DNA of 64,000 bases from a bacterium (GCA_040756235.1 JBFLZG010000154.1:35046-99045); one strand, 5' to 3'; positions 40,657-51,230 are shown, numbered from the stretch's first letter. Translations and numbers: made by a program. The notes: generated by a model not told the origin, from the letters alone.

Positions 40657-41103
40657 ATGAATGACGTCCATGGTCAGGTAATCCAAGGTTCAGGTGGGAG
40701 TTTTGGGGCGGGTTTCCTTGTCCATGGGGTTGGGAAAGAAGAGAACAAGAAGATTGTCCTGGGAATTATCCAAGACTTCTCAGCCGGCAGGATCGAGGCC
40801 GCACTTGGCGCATTCGAGAATAGTGCTACCTGGCGGGTCTCCGGCAACCCGTCTCGTATTGCGCGCTTGAAGAGCAAGAAGGAAATAGCTGAGACCATCC
40901 GCATTCTCTTGAGTCTCTTCCCCAAGGGGCTGAAGCTGGAGGTTGACGGCGCCATCGAGGTGGGGGATTTCGTGGCGGTGGAGGGCCGTTCCCGTGGCGA
41001 GATGGCGACGGGGAAGGTCTGGGAGAAGAGATACCACTATCGCTTCGAGATCCAGGACGGGAAGGTTCATGCGGTCAAGGAATTCCCGGATACGTGCATT
41101 TGA
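40657..41103 (+). CDS. NTF2/SnoaL-like (ketosteroid isomerase-like) protein; start uncertain
   Basis: EENKKIV...ATWRVSG...GDFVAVEG...TGKVW...Y...FEIQDGKVHAVKEFPDT pattern. Confidence 0.75.
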   Translation: MNDVHGQVIQGSGGSFGAGFLVHGVGKEENKKIVLGIIQDFSAGRIEAALGAFENSATWRVSGNPSRIARLKSKKEIAETIRILLSLFPKGLKLEVDGAIEVGDFVAVEGRSRGEMATGKVWEKRYHYRFEIQDGKVHAVKEFPDTCI

Positions 41104-41183
41104 AACAGGCGTTCAGGTCCTGGCATCGGGCGCCTCGGGTGTGTTCCCTCGCCCCAAAAGGCGGCTGCATCCGTCCGGATCGA

Positions 41184-42521
41184 TCAGAGGTCCTTCAGCG
41201 CGATGTTGGCGGGAGATTCCTCCAGATCCTTCTCGAACCTCTCCAGGTGCTCGGCGAGCTTTCCCCACTCCGGCGCATCGTCGATGGGAATGGTGTCCGT
41301 TCCCCTGCTTTCCAGCCTCTGGATGACACTCTTCAATGTCAGGGTGCTGATCGATCTTGCGGGCTGGTAGCCGACGGCTTTCTCGCTGCCCCGTCCGGCC
41401 TCGGTGAGGATCCCGGATTCCGTCAACTCGAAAACGGCGTCCCGGATCAGGCGGATCGGCAGCCCCAGGGATTCGGCGATCTCCTCTGCGCCCGGCGCTC
41501 TCAGGCCGCATTCGAAATTCCTCACGCACAAGTGCGCCACCCTCAGCGCCACGAGCCGCTTGAATGCGCGGCTCACGGCCCCGCAGTCCAGCTCGAACTC
41601 ATAGGTCTCCACGTTCTGCTCGGCAAAGGAGATCTCCGCGCCGAAGAGTACGATCAGCCAGCTCGTCTGGAGCCAGACGAGGAACAGGGGCAGGGCCGCG
41701 AAGCTCCCGTAGATGGCCCCGTAGGAGGAGACGCCGATTTGGAATTGGATATAGACCCACTGGACGACCTGGAAGACCGTTCCTGCGATGATCCCCCCGA
41801 GCAGGCCCGAGCGGATCTTGACCTTCGTATTGGGGATCATGACGTAAAGGAAGGTGAAGAGGCACCAGATCACGCAGTACGGCAGCAACTTCAGCAAGGA
41901 CAGGACGAGGGAGCCGGCGGTCCCGAGGAAGGAAATCCTGCTGACGGCTTCGACCTGGCTGATGGCGAAAACCGTGACGCTGCTGGCCACGACGAGCAGG
42001 ATGGGAGCGACGAGCATGATCGACAGATAGTCGCTGAACTGCCTCTCGAAGGAACGGCCTTTCTTCACCCCCCATATGTCGTTGAAGGAGGTCTCGATGT
42101 TTCCGAGCACCTTGATCACCGTCCAGAACAGGACGACGACCCCGATCCCGGCGATCAGACCCCCCTGGGTCTGCTCCAGGAGGGAGTTTGCGAAGCGCAC
42201 GATCTGGATGGCCGTCTCCCGGTGATCGGGGAATGCCTCCAGGATCTGTTTCTCCAGGCGCCTCTCGAACCCGAATCCCTTTGCCACGCCAAAGGCCATG
42301 GCCAGGATCGGCACCACGGAGAGAAGCGAGTAGAAGGTGAGGGCCGATGCCCGAAGCTGGCAGCGGTCGTCACGATATCTCCTGAGCGCCAGGAGTAGGA
42401 TTCTCAATTGGCGCAGAAGGAAGGACTTCCTCGGAGGTAGCAGACGGGCGCGGATGCGCCAGACCCCGGTTTGAAGAAAATCTCGCGTCCCCTTCAGGTC
42501 CAGAGGTAGTGTTCTCGTCAT
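41184..42521 (-). CDS. YihY/BrkB family membrane protein with C-terminal winged HTH
   Basis: ASALTFYSLLS.VP, IE.SFNDIW, YGAIYGSFAALPLFL.W...W.IVLFGAE and IAESLGLP...GYQPAR motifs. Confidence 0.92.
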   Translation of the reverse strand: MTRTLPLDLKGTRDFLQTGVWRIRARLLPPRKSFLLRQLRILLLALRRYRDDRCQLRASALTFYSLLSVVPILAMAFGVAKGFGFERRLEKQILEAFPDHRETAIQIVRFANSLLEQTQGGLIAGIGVVVLFWTVIKVLGNIETSFNDIWGVKKGRSFERQFSDYLSIMLVAPILLVVASSVTVFAISQVEAVSRISFLGTAGSLVLSLLKLLPYCVIWCLFTFLYVMIPNTKVKIRSGLLGGIIAGTVFQVVQWVYIQFQIGVSSYGAIYGSFAALPLFLVWLQTSWLIVLFGAEISFAEQNVETYEFELDCGAVSRAFKRLVALRVAHLCVRNFECGLRAPGAEEIAESLGLPIRLIRDAVFELTESGILTEAGRGSEKAVGYQPARSISTLTLKSVIQRLESRGTDTIPIDDAPEWGKLAEHLERFEKDLEESPANIALKDL

Positions 42522-42709
42522 GTCTGCACCTTCAGGTGACCGAACACCTCGCGTTGTTGCGGATCGCGTTTTCTTCCTCCGGCAAGCCGGGTCCTGCACA
42601 TCGGTCACATTCCCGCGAGAATCGCAAGTTAGCACCCTTCGTCGCCGGAGAGCAAACCCCCTGCGGCCGCGATACGCGTCGCGATACTCGTTGTGCAACC
42701 ATCTTCCAT

Positions 42710-43423
42710 CTACTTTCCGAATACCTCCTGCAGGAGATCGGTGGTCCGTGCTGCGGGGTTCGTCCGGATCTTGCTCTCTTCTTCACCCAACACATAGAAC
42801 AAGCCGTCGAGGGCCTCCGTTACGACGTAGTGGTTGACGTCGAACGGCTTACTCTTGACGAAGGGAATGGACTGAGCTTGACCCACCAGCGCCTCGTATT
42901 TCCGGACCACGCCTACCTGCTCCATGGTCTTCTCGACGACCGGCGTGAATGCAACCGTGAGCTCGTCGGTCGTCCTTGCCCTGAAATACTCCGTGGCCGA
43001 GGTCTTGCCTCCCGTCAGGATCTTCCGGGCATCCACGAAAGTCATCTCGCCGAGCGCGTTCCAGAAGATCTGTTTTGCAGAAGGGGCGGCCTGCTCGGCG
43101 GCCCGGTTCATACTGAGCACGAGCTCGTCTATCTTGGGCCCTTGGCCTGCCGCCCTCAGCCCTTGCTCCATGATGCGGAGCTTTTCAGGCATCAGGATCT
43201 TGATTGCCTGATTGGTGAAGTAGCCGTCCTTCTTTCCCGTCAGACGGACCGCTCTCTCGGTTCCTATCTTCAGGGCCTCCTTCAATCCGGATCCGATTTT
43301 TGCATCGCCGGGCTCACCCGTCGTGCCGATGCCCAGGCCCTTCAGCGCCTGCTCGAGCTGCGCCGAGGCCGGCAGAGCGGCCAGCAGCACGATGGAGAGG
43401 ACCGTGAGCATACGAGTCAGCAT
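42710..43423 (-). CDS. DUF4197 domain exported protein
   Basis: GLKEALKIG, DGYF, MNRAAE, SATEYF and ALDGLF...EE.KIR.NPAARTTDLL..VFG motifs. Confidence 0.9.
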   Translation of the reverse strand: MLTRMLTVLSIVLLAALPASAQLEQALKGLGIGTTGEPGDAKIGSGLKEALKIGTERAVRLTGKKDGYFTNQAIKILMPEKLRIMEQGLRAAGQGPKIDELVLSMNRAAEQAAPSAKQIFWNALGEMTFVDARKILTGGKTSATEYFRARTTDELTVAFTPVVEKTMEQVGVVRKYEALVGQAQSIPFVKSKPFDVNHYVVTEALDGLFYVLGEEESKIRTNPAARTTDLLQEVFGK

Positions 43424-43587
43424 GGCGCACCTCCTTGCCTGGTTCCGTCAATCCGGGGAGAAAGAGCGATTTACGCGCATACAGGCATTCTAATACCAGG
43501 AGAGGAGAAGCGACCACCAAATTCGAGCGCCTGAGTCCGGGCGGCTGCTTCGGGATCCGAGCTCGTCCCATGAGGGCGGGCCCTTCG

Positions 43588-44110
43588 GTCGAGGCGGACC
43601 TCGCCCTCTGGCACGGCCTCACCCCGGAGCTTGCGCTGAGCGGGGTCACGATTGCGGCCGGCCTGGCGGTCTATGCCGCTCGGCGGCGTCTGGGGCGCCT
43701 GCTTGGACGGGTCGACCGGAGCGCTGGTACCTCAGCGTCATCGGAGGAACGCTCCGGGGGGGGCGGCTCCAGACACGGCTCCTGCGGAGCGGCTATCTGA
43801 GCGTCTACTTGCTGACCGTGCTCGCTGCGGTGACGGCCGCAGTGGGTTACGCGCTCTTCGCGAGATCGGGGCTTGCCTGGCCGCCGGCCCGCTCCCTGGA
43901 CGTGCGCTACTACGAAGGCATCCTGGTCGGGATCCTGGTCGTTTCCGCCTTCATGGCCGTGCGCTGCCGATCGCGGCTGAACACCATCGTCTCCCTGGCC
44001 GCGGTCGGCTACTCGGTGGGCCTGCGGTTCCTCTTCTTCGGCGCGCCGGACCTCGCCATGACCCAGGCCTGGTGGAAACACTGACCGTCGTTCTGGAGGT
44101 CGGGCTGTGA
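43588..44110 (+). pseudogene. mrpA: Fragment of Na+/H+ antiporter subunit MrpA/MnhA
   Basis: LALWHGLTPELALS, then SGYLSVYLL, SRLNTIVSL...GAPDLAMTQ and LVETLTVVL, split over different reading frames. Confidence 0.78.
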
Positions 44111-44319
44111 AGGGGTGACCTCTCGCCGAGTACGACCGCAAAACGCCCACACCCTGCCTGCCGGTTTGGCATCCAAGACAAAGAAGAGTAGAAAATCTGT
44201 GAGAGCGCATCGCTCCCGGGAGGGCCCCATTCCTTCCGGAGTGCAGACGACCTGCCCGCTATCCATCTCACGCGCACTTGGAAGAAGACCCGCAGCAGTC
44301 AGGAGGCAGAAGAAGAGAA

Positions 44320-45255
44320 ATGAGTCGCATTCACGAAGATATCACGAAGACGATCGGTCGCACTCCGCTGGTCAGGATCAACCGCATGGCGCGGGGCTCC
44401 AGGGCCACCGTGCTGGCGAAGCTGGAGTCGTTCAACCCGCTCTCAAGCGTCAAGGACAGGATCGGCCTGTCCATGATCGAGGCTGCCGAGAAGGAGGGGC
44501 GCATCAACCCGGAGACGATCATCATCGAGCCCACGAGCGGCAACACCGGCATTGCGCTCGCCTTCGTCTGCGCAGCCAAGGGCTACCGTCTGATCCTGAC
44601 CATGCCCGAGACCATGAGCATGGAGCGCCGCCACCTGCTGAAGCTCTTCGGCGCCGAGCTGGTCCTGACCGAAGGAGCCAAAGGCATGAAGGGTGCCATC
44701 GAGAAGGCGGAGGAGCTGCTCGGGGGTACGCCCAACAGCTTCATGCCCCAACAGTTTCAGAACCCGGCGAATCCGCACATCCACCGCACGACCACGGCCG
44801 AGGAGGTGTGGAACGACACCGGCGGGGACCTGGACTATTTTGTCTCAGGGATCGGCACCGGCGGCACCATCACCGGTGTGGGCGAGGTGATCAAGGCCCG
44901 CAAGCCGTCGGCGAGGATGATCGCCGTCGAGCCGGAGAGCTCACCGGTCCTCTCGGGCGGCAAGCCCGGGCCTCACAAGATCCAGGGTATCGGCGCCGGC
45001 TTCGTCCCGGACGTCCTGAACCGTTCCGTGATCGATGAGGTGATACGGGTGACCAACGAGGACGCCGGCATCACCGCCCGCCGTCTGGCCCGGGAAGAGG
45101 GCATCCTGGCCGGGATCTCGAGCGGCGCCGCCCTGTGGGCAGCCCTGGAAATCGGGAGACGGGACGAGGCGATCGGAAAGACGATCGTGGTCGTCCTGCC
45201 GGACACCGGCGAGCGCTACTTGTCGACCTGGCTGTTCCAGGAATCTTCCGGTTGA
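44320..45255 (+). CDS. cysK: Cysteine synthase A
   Basis: [45 protein letters not shown] and DTGERYLST motifs. Confidence 0.97.
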   Translation: MSRIHEDITKTIGRTPLVRINRMARGSRATVLAKLESFNPLSSVKDRIGLSMIEAAEKEGRINPETIIIEPTSGNTGIALAFVCAAKGYRLILTMPETMSMERRHLLKLFGAELVLTEGAKGMKGAIEKAEELLGGTPNSFMPQQFQNPANPHIHRTTTAEEVWNDTGGDLDYFVSGIGTGGTITGVGEVIKARKPSARMIAVEPESSPVLSGGKPGPHKIQGIGAGFVPDVLNRSVIDEVIRVTNEDAGITARRLAREEGILAGISSGAALWAALEIGRRDEAIGKTIVVVLPDTGERYLSTWLFQESSG

Positions 45256-45427
45256 GCCGTCGACACGGCAATTCGACCGATCCGGGCAACGCGTTATTCA
45301 GAGGCCGGTTTTGCCCGGCGGCGGCAGCAGGGCAGGGGGCCATGGCCCGAGCCGTGACCCCCTGCTCGTTTGTGTGCGTCCTCGAGTGGATTCGTTTGCC
45401 TGGAGCGGGGCAGGCGGTACGAGGGAG

Positions 45428-45859
45428 TTACGGGCACAGCTGAGGGCTGTCCGACTCCGGCGCCCTGTCCACCGAGGCGACGAAGAGCTGTCGGGATGAG
45501 GTGTAAAGGCGGCCCCAGATGCGGGCGCCCTCACAAGGCTCGAGCTTCTTGATCTCTTCCTCCCTGCCCACCAGGGTGATATCGTTCGGGCCGACCTGCG
45601 AAAGGATACCCGAGGCGGGCTGCTCCCCTGCGCCCCGCACAGGCATGCGGATCTCATCGATCCTGAAGGGATATTCACGCCCTTCGTACTGAAGGGTGTA
45701 GGTGTTGGGACTTCCCAGATCACGCGGGGGCAGGATCGTGCCGGTAATCGCCGTCTCCTGAGCGGCAAGAGAATGCGCGGGTGAGCCGAGTCCGCACAGG
45801 ACCAGGACGGACAGAAATGCCCCTGCAAGAGTCACCTTGTGTTGAGCCGGTCGTGTCAT
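45428..45859 (-). CDS. Small exported hypothetical protein
   Basis: GGAG RBS; signal peptide MTRPAQHK...HSLA; 143 aa. Confidence 0.65.
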   Translation of the reverse strand: MTRPAQHKVTLAGAFLSVLVLCGLGSPAHSLAAQETAITGTILPPRDLGSPNTYTLQYEGREYPFRIDEIRMPVRGAGEQPASGILSQVGPNDITLVGREEEIKKLEPCEGARIWGRLYTSSRQLFVASVDRAPESDSPQLCP

Positions 45860-46004
45860 TGGATCTCCTCCGATTCTCCTCGAGAGAGAGCTGGTTCGTT
45901 TGGGCATTGCCGGATGCGTTTGCTGCTTTAGATATGCGTGCATTTGATTTGGTGACAGACGGGCTGCTGGACGCCCGATGGAGGCAGGATCCGAAGACGG
46001 GAAT

Positions 46005-46283
46005 TCAAGCTCCGTACGCCATGAATTTCCGGCGCAGGGAATCGATGACCTGTTGCAGGAGCCCTCTCCTGCAGCGGATGGTGACGAAGGTGGCCGGGAG
46101 CGTGAAGGCACCGAACGGCACCGCTTGCTCCTCGCTGAGCTCGATCTCCCACCCCGGCCCGCGGAATCGGCCTTCTGCGGTAACCTCGGCATCAAGGCTG
46201 AGGAGATAGCTCGCGATGCGCGCCCTGCGAGTCACCCTCATCTCCAGGGTCTGCTCTTCCTCATATTCCGTTTCAGGTCTCAT
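46005..46283 (-). CDS. Small hypothetical protein, DUF1952-like
   Basis: YLLSL...GPGWEIEL...GAFTLP...LRRKFMAYGA pattern recalls DUF1952 (from memory, not searched). Confidence 0.6.
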   Translation of the reverse strand: MRPETEYEEEQTLEMRVTRRARIASYLLSLDAEVTAEGRFRGPGWEIELSEEQAVPFGAFTLPATFVTIRCRRGLLQQVIDSLRRKFMAYGA

Positions 46284-46343
46284 GCCAGCTCACCCCCGAT
46301 CCGGGCACTCACTCAGGAGGCTGTTGAAGAACCGTCGACTCCT

Positions 46344-47993
46344 TCAACCCTCTTTCCCGGGTCGAACGGACGGCTCCACAGGAATGCGCACGAGGCGGTA
46401 CCCGGCATTGGAGTAGACCGGCTCGAAGGGCACGGGCGAGCTCGAAGGCAGAACGGCCATGCGCGCCCCATACTTGACGGCGAGCGCAATCAGCTCTTCG
46501 GGGCCGAGCTGCGCGTAGGCTTCGTTGAGCAGCCGCTCGTTTTCCATGCCGCTCGTGAGCGGCAGAGATCCGCCCGAGAGATCCCGCAGCCGTTCGTACC
46601 ACTGCCCCAGGTACATCCCGCCGTCCGGGTTGACCTTGAACTCCACCACGGTGGAACGTTCCGCCAGATAGGTGAACCCTTCGTTGCCGGGCGGTGTGAG
46701 AAAGACGCCGTCCGAACCGGTGCTCTCTCTCGCGTAGCGGCAGATGTCGACCCATGGAGAGCGTTCTTCCCGGTACTTGTGAATGAGGTCATAGCCGGCG
46801 CGGCCTGCCTTGGCTGCGTAAGCGTACACCGAAGTCGCCAGAACGAGCCCTGCCAGCCACAGATGACCCACGCGCCGCAGGTCGAGCTCGGTTCGGCGGC
46901 GGGCCGCCCACCGGCTTGCTGCAACCGACCCCCACAACACCACGCAGAGCGTCCCGAAGACGCTGATCAGCGGGCTCAGGCGCAGGAACTGCATACGGGC
47001 GATCGGCCCCCACCCCAGCAGATGGTAGTCCAGGTAGTGAAGACCGGAAAGGAGGAGGATTGCGGAGCTCAGGGCGACCAGGGACCGGACAGCGTCCGCC
47101 TCGACCCGGCGCCGGCGCTTGAGCCACGCGAGCGTGCCCAGCTGGACGAGAAAAAAAGCGGCGACGAGAAGCGTTCGGTCCGCTCGAAACGCGAAATGAT
47201 GGGGTTGCCGGAAACGAAAGTACTCGATCAGCCCTGAAGTGTCTGCAGCCCCGTGCTGCGCCATCGCCGCCATGTGCGAAAGGAGCGGGATCGCCGGAGC
47301 TGCGAGCAGGGCCAGGCAGATCAGGCTCTCCCGCCGGGGCCGGCTCCGGAGGCGTGTGAAAAGCAGCGGCAACAGAATGAAGACGAACAGCACCCCGATC
47401 TGGGTGTGGAAGAGGGTGATGAGAGCGGCCGCGAACGAAGCGGATGTATACCGGCCCCGGATGAGCAGCCCCACCGCGAGCAAGATGAGCGCGTGTGCGA
47501 AGGTGGGAGGCATGATGTGGTCGTTGCCGAGGAATTTATTGGCTTCGAGCCCTCTCCCCGCCTCGCCGGCGTGGAGCGCCAGCAGCACGCCGGCGGTGAC
47601 ATATCCGGGAAGAGAGAGCCCCAGGCTTCTCGAGAGATACAGAAGACACAAGGCCACCAGAAACATTCCGAGCAGAGTGAGAGCGATGAGTGCGCCGTCC
47701 TCGCCCAGAAGCTTGGACCCGCCGGCGACGATTTCAGCGAAGAACCGGTGATGATAGAGGCGCAAAGCGATCCCGAAGTCCTGTGGCAGGTAATCGGCAT
47801 CCAGGATGCGCCGCACCACCGGCAGCAGAGCGGCATGGTTGCGGTACCCGATGGTGATCCCTCCGTTGAAGAGCACCATCAGCGCCGTGACCCAGAGGAC
47901 GAGGGCCGTCGTGCCGAGAAAGCCCAGGAGTCGAACGCCGGGACCGGCCCGCCGAGTCGGTCTCTCCGAGGGAGGCGAAGCAGATCGAATCAT
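46344..47993 (-). CDS. Polytopic membrane protein with C-terminal DUF6798-like domain (possible GT-C type)
   Basis: Many TMs; RFRQPHH and FLTPP...F..LAERSTVVEFK..P...QWYERL motifs. Confidence 0.75.
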   Translation of the reverse strand: MIRSASPPSERPTRRAGPGVRLLGFLGTTALVLWVTALMVLFNGGITIGYRNHAALLPVVRRILDADYLPQDFGIALRLYHHRFFAEIVAGGSKLLGEDGALIALTLLGMFLVALCLLYLSRSLGLSLPGYVTAGVLLALHAGEAGRGLEANKFLGNDHIMPPTFAHALILLAVGLLIRGRYTSASFAAALITLFHTQIGVLFVFILLPLLFTRLRSRPRRESLICLALLAAPAIPLLSHMAAMAQHGAADTSGLIEYFRFRQPHHFAFRADRTLLVAAFFLVQLGTLAWLKRRRRVEADAVRSLVALSSAILLLSGLHYLDYHLLGWGPIARMQFLRLSPLISVFGTLCVVLWGSVAASRWAARRRTELDLRRVGHLWLAGLVLATSVYAYAAKAGRAGYDLIHKYREERSPWVDICRYARESTGSDGVFLTPPGNEGFTYLAERSTVVEFKVNPDGGMYLGQWYERLRDLSGGSLPLTSGMENERLLNEAYAQLGPEELIALAVKYGARMAVLPSSSPVPFEPVYSNAGYRLVRIPVEPSVRPGKEG

Positions 47994-48381
47994 CGCTCGC
48001 ACCTGATCTTCGGTTCAGCGCTGCCGGGTCAGCCGGCCGGGCCCATCCAGCTGCCGCTCGCCGGCTCGAACCCCATGCTGCCGGAGAGGGAGTAACATAG
48101 TGGTCCGCCGCACCGAGTCCTGTCAACGCGCCCCGGAGCGCACGGCGAGCGGGAGACGCGGTCTCCCCCGGGCGACGGTCTCTCTTGGGCGACCGCAGAG
48201 CAGACGATCGGAGCCGAGGAGGATACGGACCGATGCAGCAGCAGATGAGCGGCAAGCTGTTCGGGCCGGCTTCGGCTTGGGGCCTGCAAAGCCCTTCGAG
48301 CTTCCTTGCTGGCCGAACGTTCCCTGTGATAGCCTCGACCGCCGTCAAGCTCCTGCGGGTGTCTTCGGGAGGTGGGGTTGC

Positions 48382-49464
48382 ATGCGCGCAGCGCCTCTGA
48401 CGATTGCCTTCTTCGCTTCCACGCGCAAATGGGGCGGTGTCAAGACCTGGTCCCTGGACATGGGGCTCGCGCTCCAGCGAAGGGGACACAGGGTCTGGAT
48501 CGTCGCCCCGGACGGTCCCTTCGTGGAGCGGGCGGTGCGGGTGGGATTGCGCGTGCGCAAGGTCCGCTTCGGGGCGGACGGAAACCCGGTTTCCATAGGC
48601 CGCTTTCTGAGATTCTTTCGTACGGAGAATGTGGATTACGTGGTCGTGAACCTTTCCAAGGAGATGCGCACTGCAGGAGTCGCGGCGCGGCTCCTGGGAA
48701 TCCCCTTGGTGCACCGGATCGGGGCCCCCGAGGATCTGAGGGACCGACTGAAAACGCGGCTGACACAACGATTCCTTGCACCTCGGCTGCTGACCTGCAG
48801 CGATTACGTGCGGCGCGAGTTGCTCGAGAAGATCCCGCTCTTTCGCGATTACGAGTTCGTTGCGATACACCCGGGTGTGCTTCCGATCGGGGCAGCGCCG
48901 GGCTCCGTCGGCAGCCCCCGGCGCATCGTCCTCACCAGTCAGCTGCGGCCGGAAAAGGGCCACGGCCATCTGCTGGAAGCGTTGAGCGAAATCCGGCGCG
49001 GAGGACACCCGTGCCGATGCGTCATAGCCGGGACCGGCCCCTGCGAAGAGGCGCTCAGGAGGCAGGCCGATGCCCTGGGCGTTGCCGACGCCATCGAGTG
49101 GACCGGCTTCGTGCAGGACGTGACGAGCTTGCTGCAGCGGGCGGACATCTTCGTCCTGCCGAGCCTGAGCGAGCCCCTCGGCATCGCGCTGGAGGAGGCC
49201 ATGGCCCACGGGCTGGTTCCCGTCGCGCGCCGCGCGGGAGGCGTGCCCGAGATCTGGCCTGCCGGTTTGGAGCCTTTTCTGTTCCCTCCTCAAGAGAACG
49301 CGGCGGGCTTCGCCAGGGTCCTGAAGACGATCCTGGAGGCCCCGGACGATCGCGTGCTGGAGTGGAAGCGGCTGGCCTGGGAGCATGCCGTCCGTGCCTT
49401 CCACATCGAGAAGCAGTGCAACGAGCTCGTCGCGTGGCTCACGAGAGAGCCGCCAGGCGCGTGA
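48382..49464 (+). CDS. Glycosyltransferase family 4
   Basis: WGGVK, LRPEKGH, IAGTGP and ADIFVLPSLSEPLGIALEEAMA motifs. Confidence 0.92.
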   Translation: MRAAPLTIAFFASTRKWGGVKTWSLDMGLALQRRGHRVWIVAPDGPFVERAVRVGLRVRKVRFGADGNPVSIGRFLRFFRTENVDYVVVNLSKEMRTAGVAARLLGIPLVHRIGAPEDLRDRLKTRLTQRFLAPRLLTCSDYVRRELLEKIPLFRDYEFVAIHPGVLPIGAAPGSVGSPRRIVLTSQLRPEKGHGHLLEALSEIRRGGHPCRCVIAGTGPCEEALRRQADALGVADAIEWTGFVQDVTSLLQRADIFVLPSLSEPLGIALEEAMAHGLVPVARRAGGVPEIWPAGLEPFLFPPQENAAGFARVLKTILEAPDDRVLEWKRLAWEHAVRAFHIEKQCNELVAWLTREPPGA

Positions 49465-49551
49465 GGCGGGCCGAGGAAGCGGGCGGACCGCGGCGCAATG
49501 ACGGAAGAAGCAAAAGCCCCGGGGCGGGCGGCCTCTCGCTGCACGATGGGG

Positions 49552-50202
49552 CTAGGGCTCCGAGCTCTTGGACAGGGCCGGGTTCAGGCGCGGATCGTTG
49601 TAGGTCTTGTACTGCCGGTACTGCTTGAAGAAGCGCCGGCCGGCGCGGACGTCCTCGTAGAGACGGTTCAGACAGCCGGCGAGGTCCGCCCGCTGCCTTT
49701 CCAGGACGGCCGCCTTGGCCGCGCACTCGGCGGCCAGGGACGGATCCTTCAGGCGGGCGTTGCGCCTCATGTGCCAGACCTTGAGCGAGAGGATGGAGAG
49801 CCGATCCAGGATCTGCCCGGCCGTCTCCGAGTGCAGTTCCGCGGAGCTCGGGTCGACTGCAGGCAGGGCGGCCAGGATGCGTTCGTCGATCCGCTCGATC
49901 AGGTCGTTGCGGCGCTGGTTCCAGGCGTCGATCGAGCGTTTCAGGCCGGCGATGACGCTGTCGTCGACATCGGTTCTGCGTGCCTGGTCCTCGAGCCCCC
50001 ACAAGGTGAAGTTGGAAAAATGGAGCGAGGCGAGGAGCGAAGCGAGCGTGTCGCCCGCCGGAGCCTCGTCGGGCGTGCTGCGATACCAGTCAGCCTGCGC
50101 CCTGTCGTAGAACGAGCAAGGCTCGAAAACCGCTGATAGCGGGATCTCCGGGCCGACCCCCGGCTCGGATGGCGTGCCCTTCCTTTCCGTCCCGTCGCTC
50201 AT
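49552..50202 (-). CDS. DUF4254 domain protein
   Basis: LWGLEDQAR, KRSIDAWNQRRNDLIE, SETAG.ILDRLSILSLK.WHM and YRQYKTYNDPRLNP motifs. Confidence 0.9.
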   Translation of the reverse strand: MSDGTERKGTPSEPGVGPEIPLSAVFEPCSFYDRAQADWYRSTPDEAPAGDTLASLLASLHFSNFTLWGLEDQARRTDVDDSVIAGLKRSIDAWNQRRNDLIERIDERILAALPAVDPSSAELHSETAGQILDRLSILSLKVWHMRRNARLKDPSLAAECAAKAAVLERQRADLAGCLNRLYEDVRAGRRFFKQYRQYKTYNDPRLNPALSKSSEP

Positions 50203-51230
50203 TGCCGCATCCTTCCCGGCCCGGCGGCGCCGCGTGCCATCCGGCGGCCGAGCAGCGGCAGGGCCGCCTCCAAGACCTGCTCGGGCCGCACGTTCTCCAG
50301 ATGATCGTGGCGCCCGGGGCCCGGCGGCGCCGTTACCGCCTGCTGGTCAGCATCCCGGCCGCAGTCGGTCCAGTACTTCTCGTCGCCGGCGCGCAGCACG
50401 ACCACCGTGGGGCATCCTGCCGAAGTCGCGATGTGCTTGGGGCCGCCGTCGTTGCCGATCCAGAGATGGCAGCGTTCATACAGGGCGGCCAGCTCCTTGA
50501 GGCTCGTGTCGCCGTAATCCCAGAGGGCCGGCTTTTCCTGCATCCGGGTCACGACCGCGCGGATCTGCGCCTGTTCCTTCGGCCCGCCGGTGAGGACGAT
50601 CTGTGCCCCACGGTTGCGGATCAGGAGATCCGCGGTCCGGGCAAACCCGCCCGGGTGCCACTGCTTGCGGGGGACTTTCGCGACCGGCGACAAGGCCACG
50701 ACCGGCAGGTCCGTCCGGATGCCCCCCTGCCGGAAGATCTCGTCGGCTCGCGCCCGGTCCGCGCTCGAGACGGGAAACTCCAGCCCGAACTCCTCCGGGG
50801 ACGGCACGCCGATGAGCTCGGCCATGCGGGCGAAGTTCCGGGCCAGATAGATCGGGGCGTTCCAGCCGGGCACGAGAAGGCTGTACACCCAGTCGCGGGC
50901 GGCGCGTTTCTTCCAACCGACCCGGACCGGAGCGCCGGAGGCCAGGACGAAAGGTACGCTTCGAGGGCTGCTCTGCAGATCCAGGGTGATCCCGTAGCGG
51001 CCTGCTCTGCAAAGGCCGAACGCGCGCGCGAGCCCGGAAAGACCCGGATCCAGGATGAGCAGGTGGTCCACGAGGGGGCTGCCTTCCAGAGCCCTGTGAA
51101 ACCCCCGTTGCGCCAGGAGGTCGATGCGCGCCTCCGGGCGCGCTTTGCGAATCGCCTTTAAGGTCGGCGTCAAGAGCAGCAGGTCGCCCACGCGCCGCAG
51201 GCGAATGACCAGGATTCGTTCAGACGCCAC
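50199..51230 (-). CDS. Glycosyltransferase family 9 (heptosyltransferase-like)
   Basis: ILVIRLRRVGDLLLLTP, DLQ, RKQW and TSLKELAAL...IGNDGGPKHIA motifs; GTG start inferred. Confidence 0.9.
   Translation of the reverse strand: MASERILVIRLRRVGDLLLLTPTLKAIRKARPEARIDLLAQRGFHRALEGSPLVDHLLILDPGLSGLARAFGLCRAGRYGITLDLQSSPRSVPFVLASGAPVRVGWKKRAARDWVYSLLVPGWNAPIYLARNFARMAELIGVPSPEEFGLEFPVSSADRARADEIFRQGGIRTDLPVVALSPVAKVPRKQWHPGGFARTADLLIRNRGAQIVLTGGPKEQAQIRAVVTRMQEKPALWDYGDTSLKELAALYERCHLWIGNDGGPKHIATSAGCPTVVVLRAGDEKYWTDCGRDADQQAVTAPPGPGRHDHLENVRPEQVLEAALPLLGRRMARGAAGPGRMRQ

Noticed and set aside
42629..42656. CIRCE-like TTAGCACCC...GAGAGCAAA
   Set aside because: Several mismatches, a 10-nt rather than 9-nt spacer, and not upstream of a chaperone gene.
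44170..44200. AT-rich possible Rrf2/CymR operator before cysK
   Set aside because: Symmetry is too weak to support a call.
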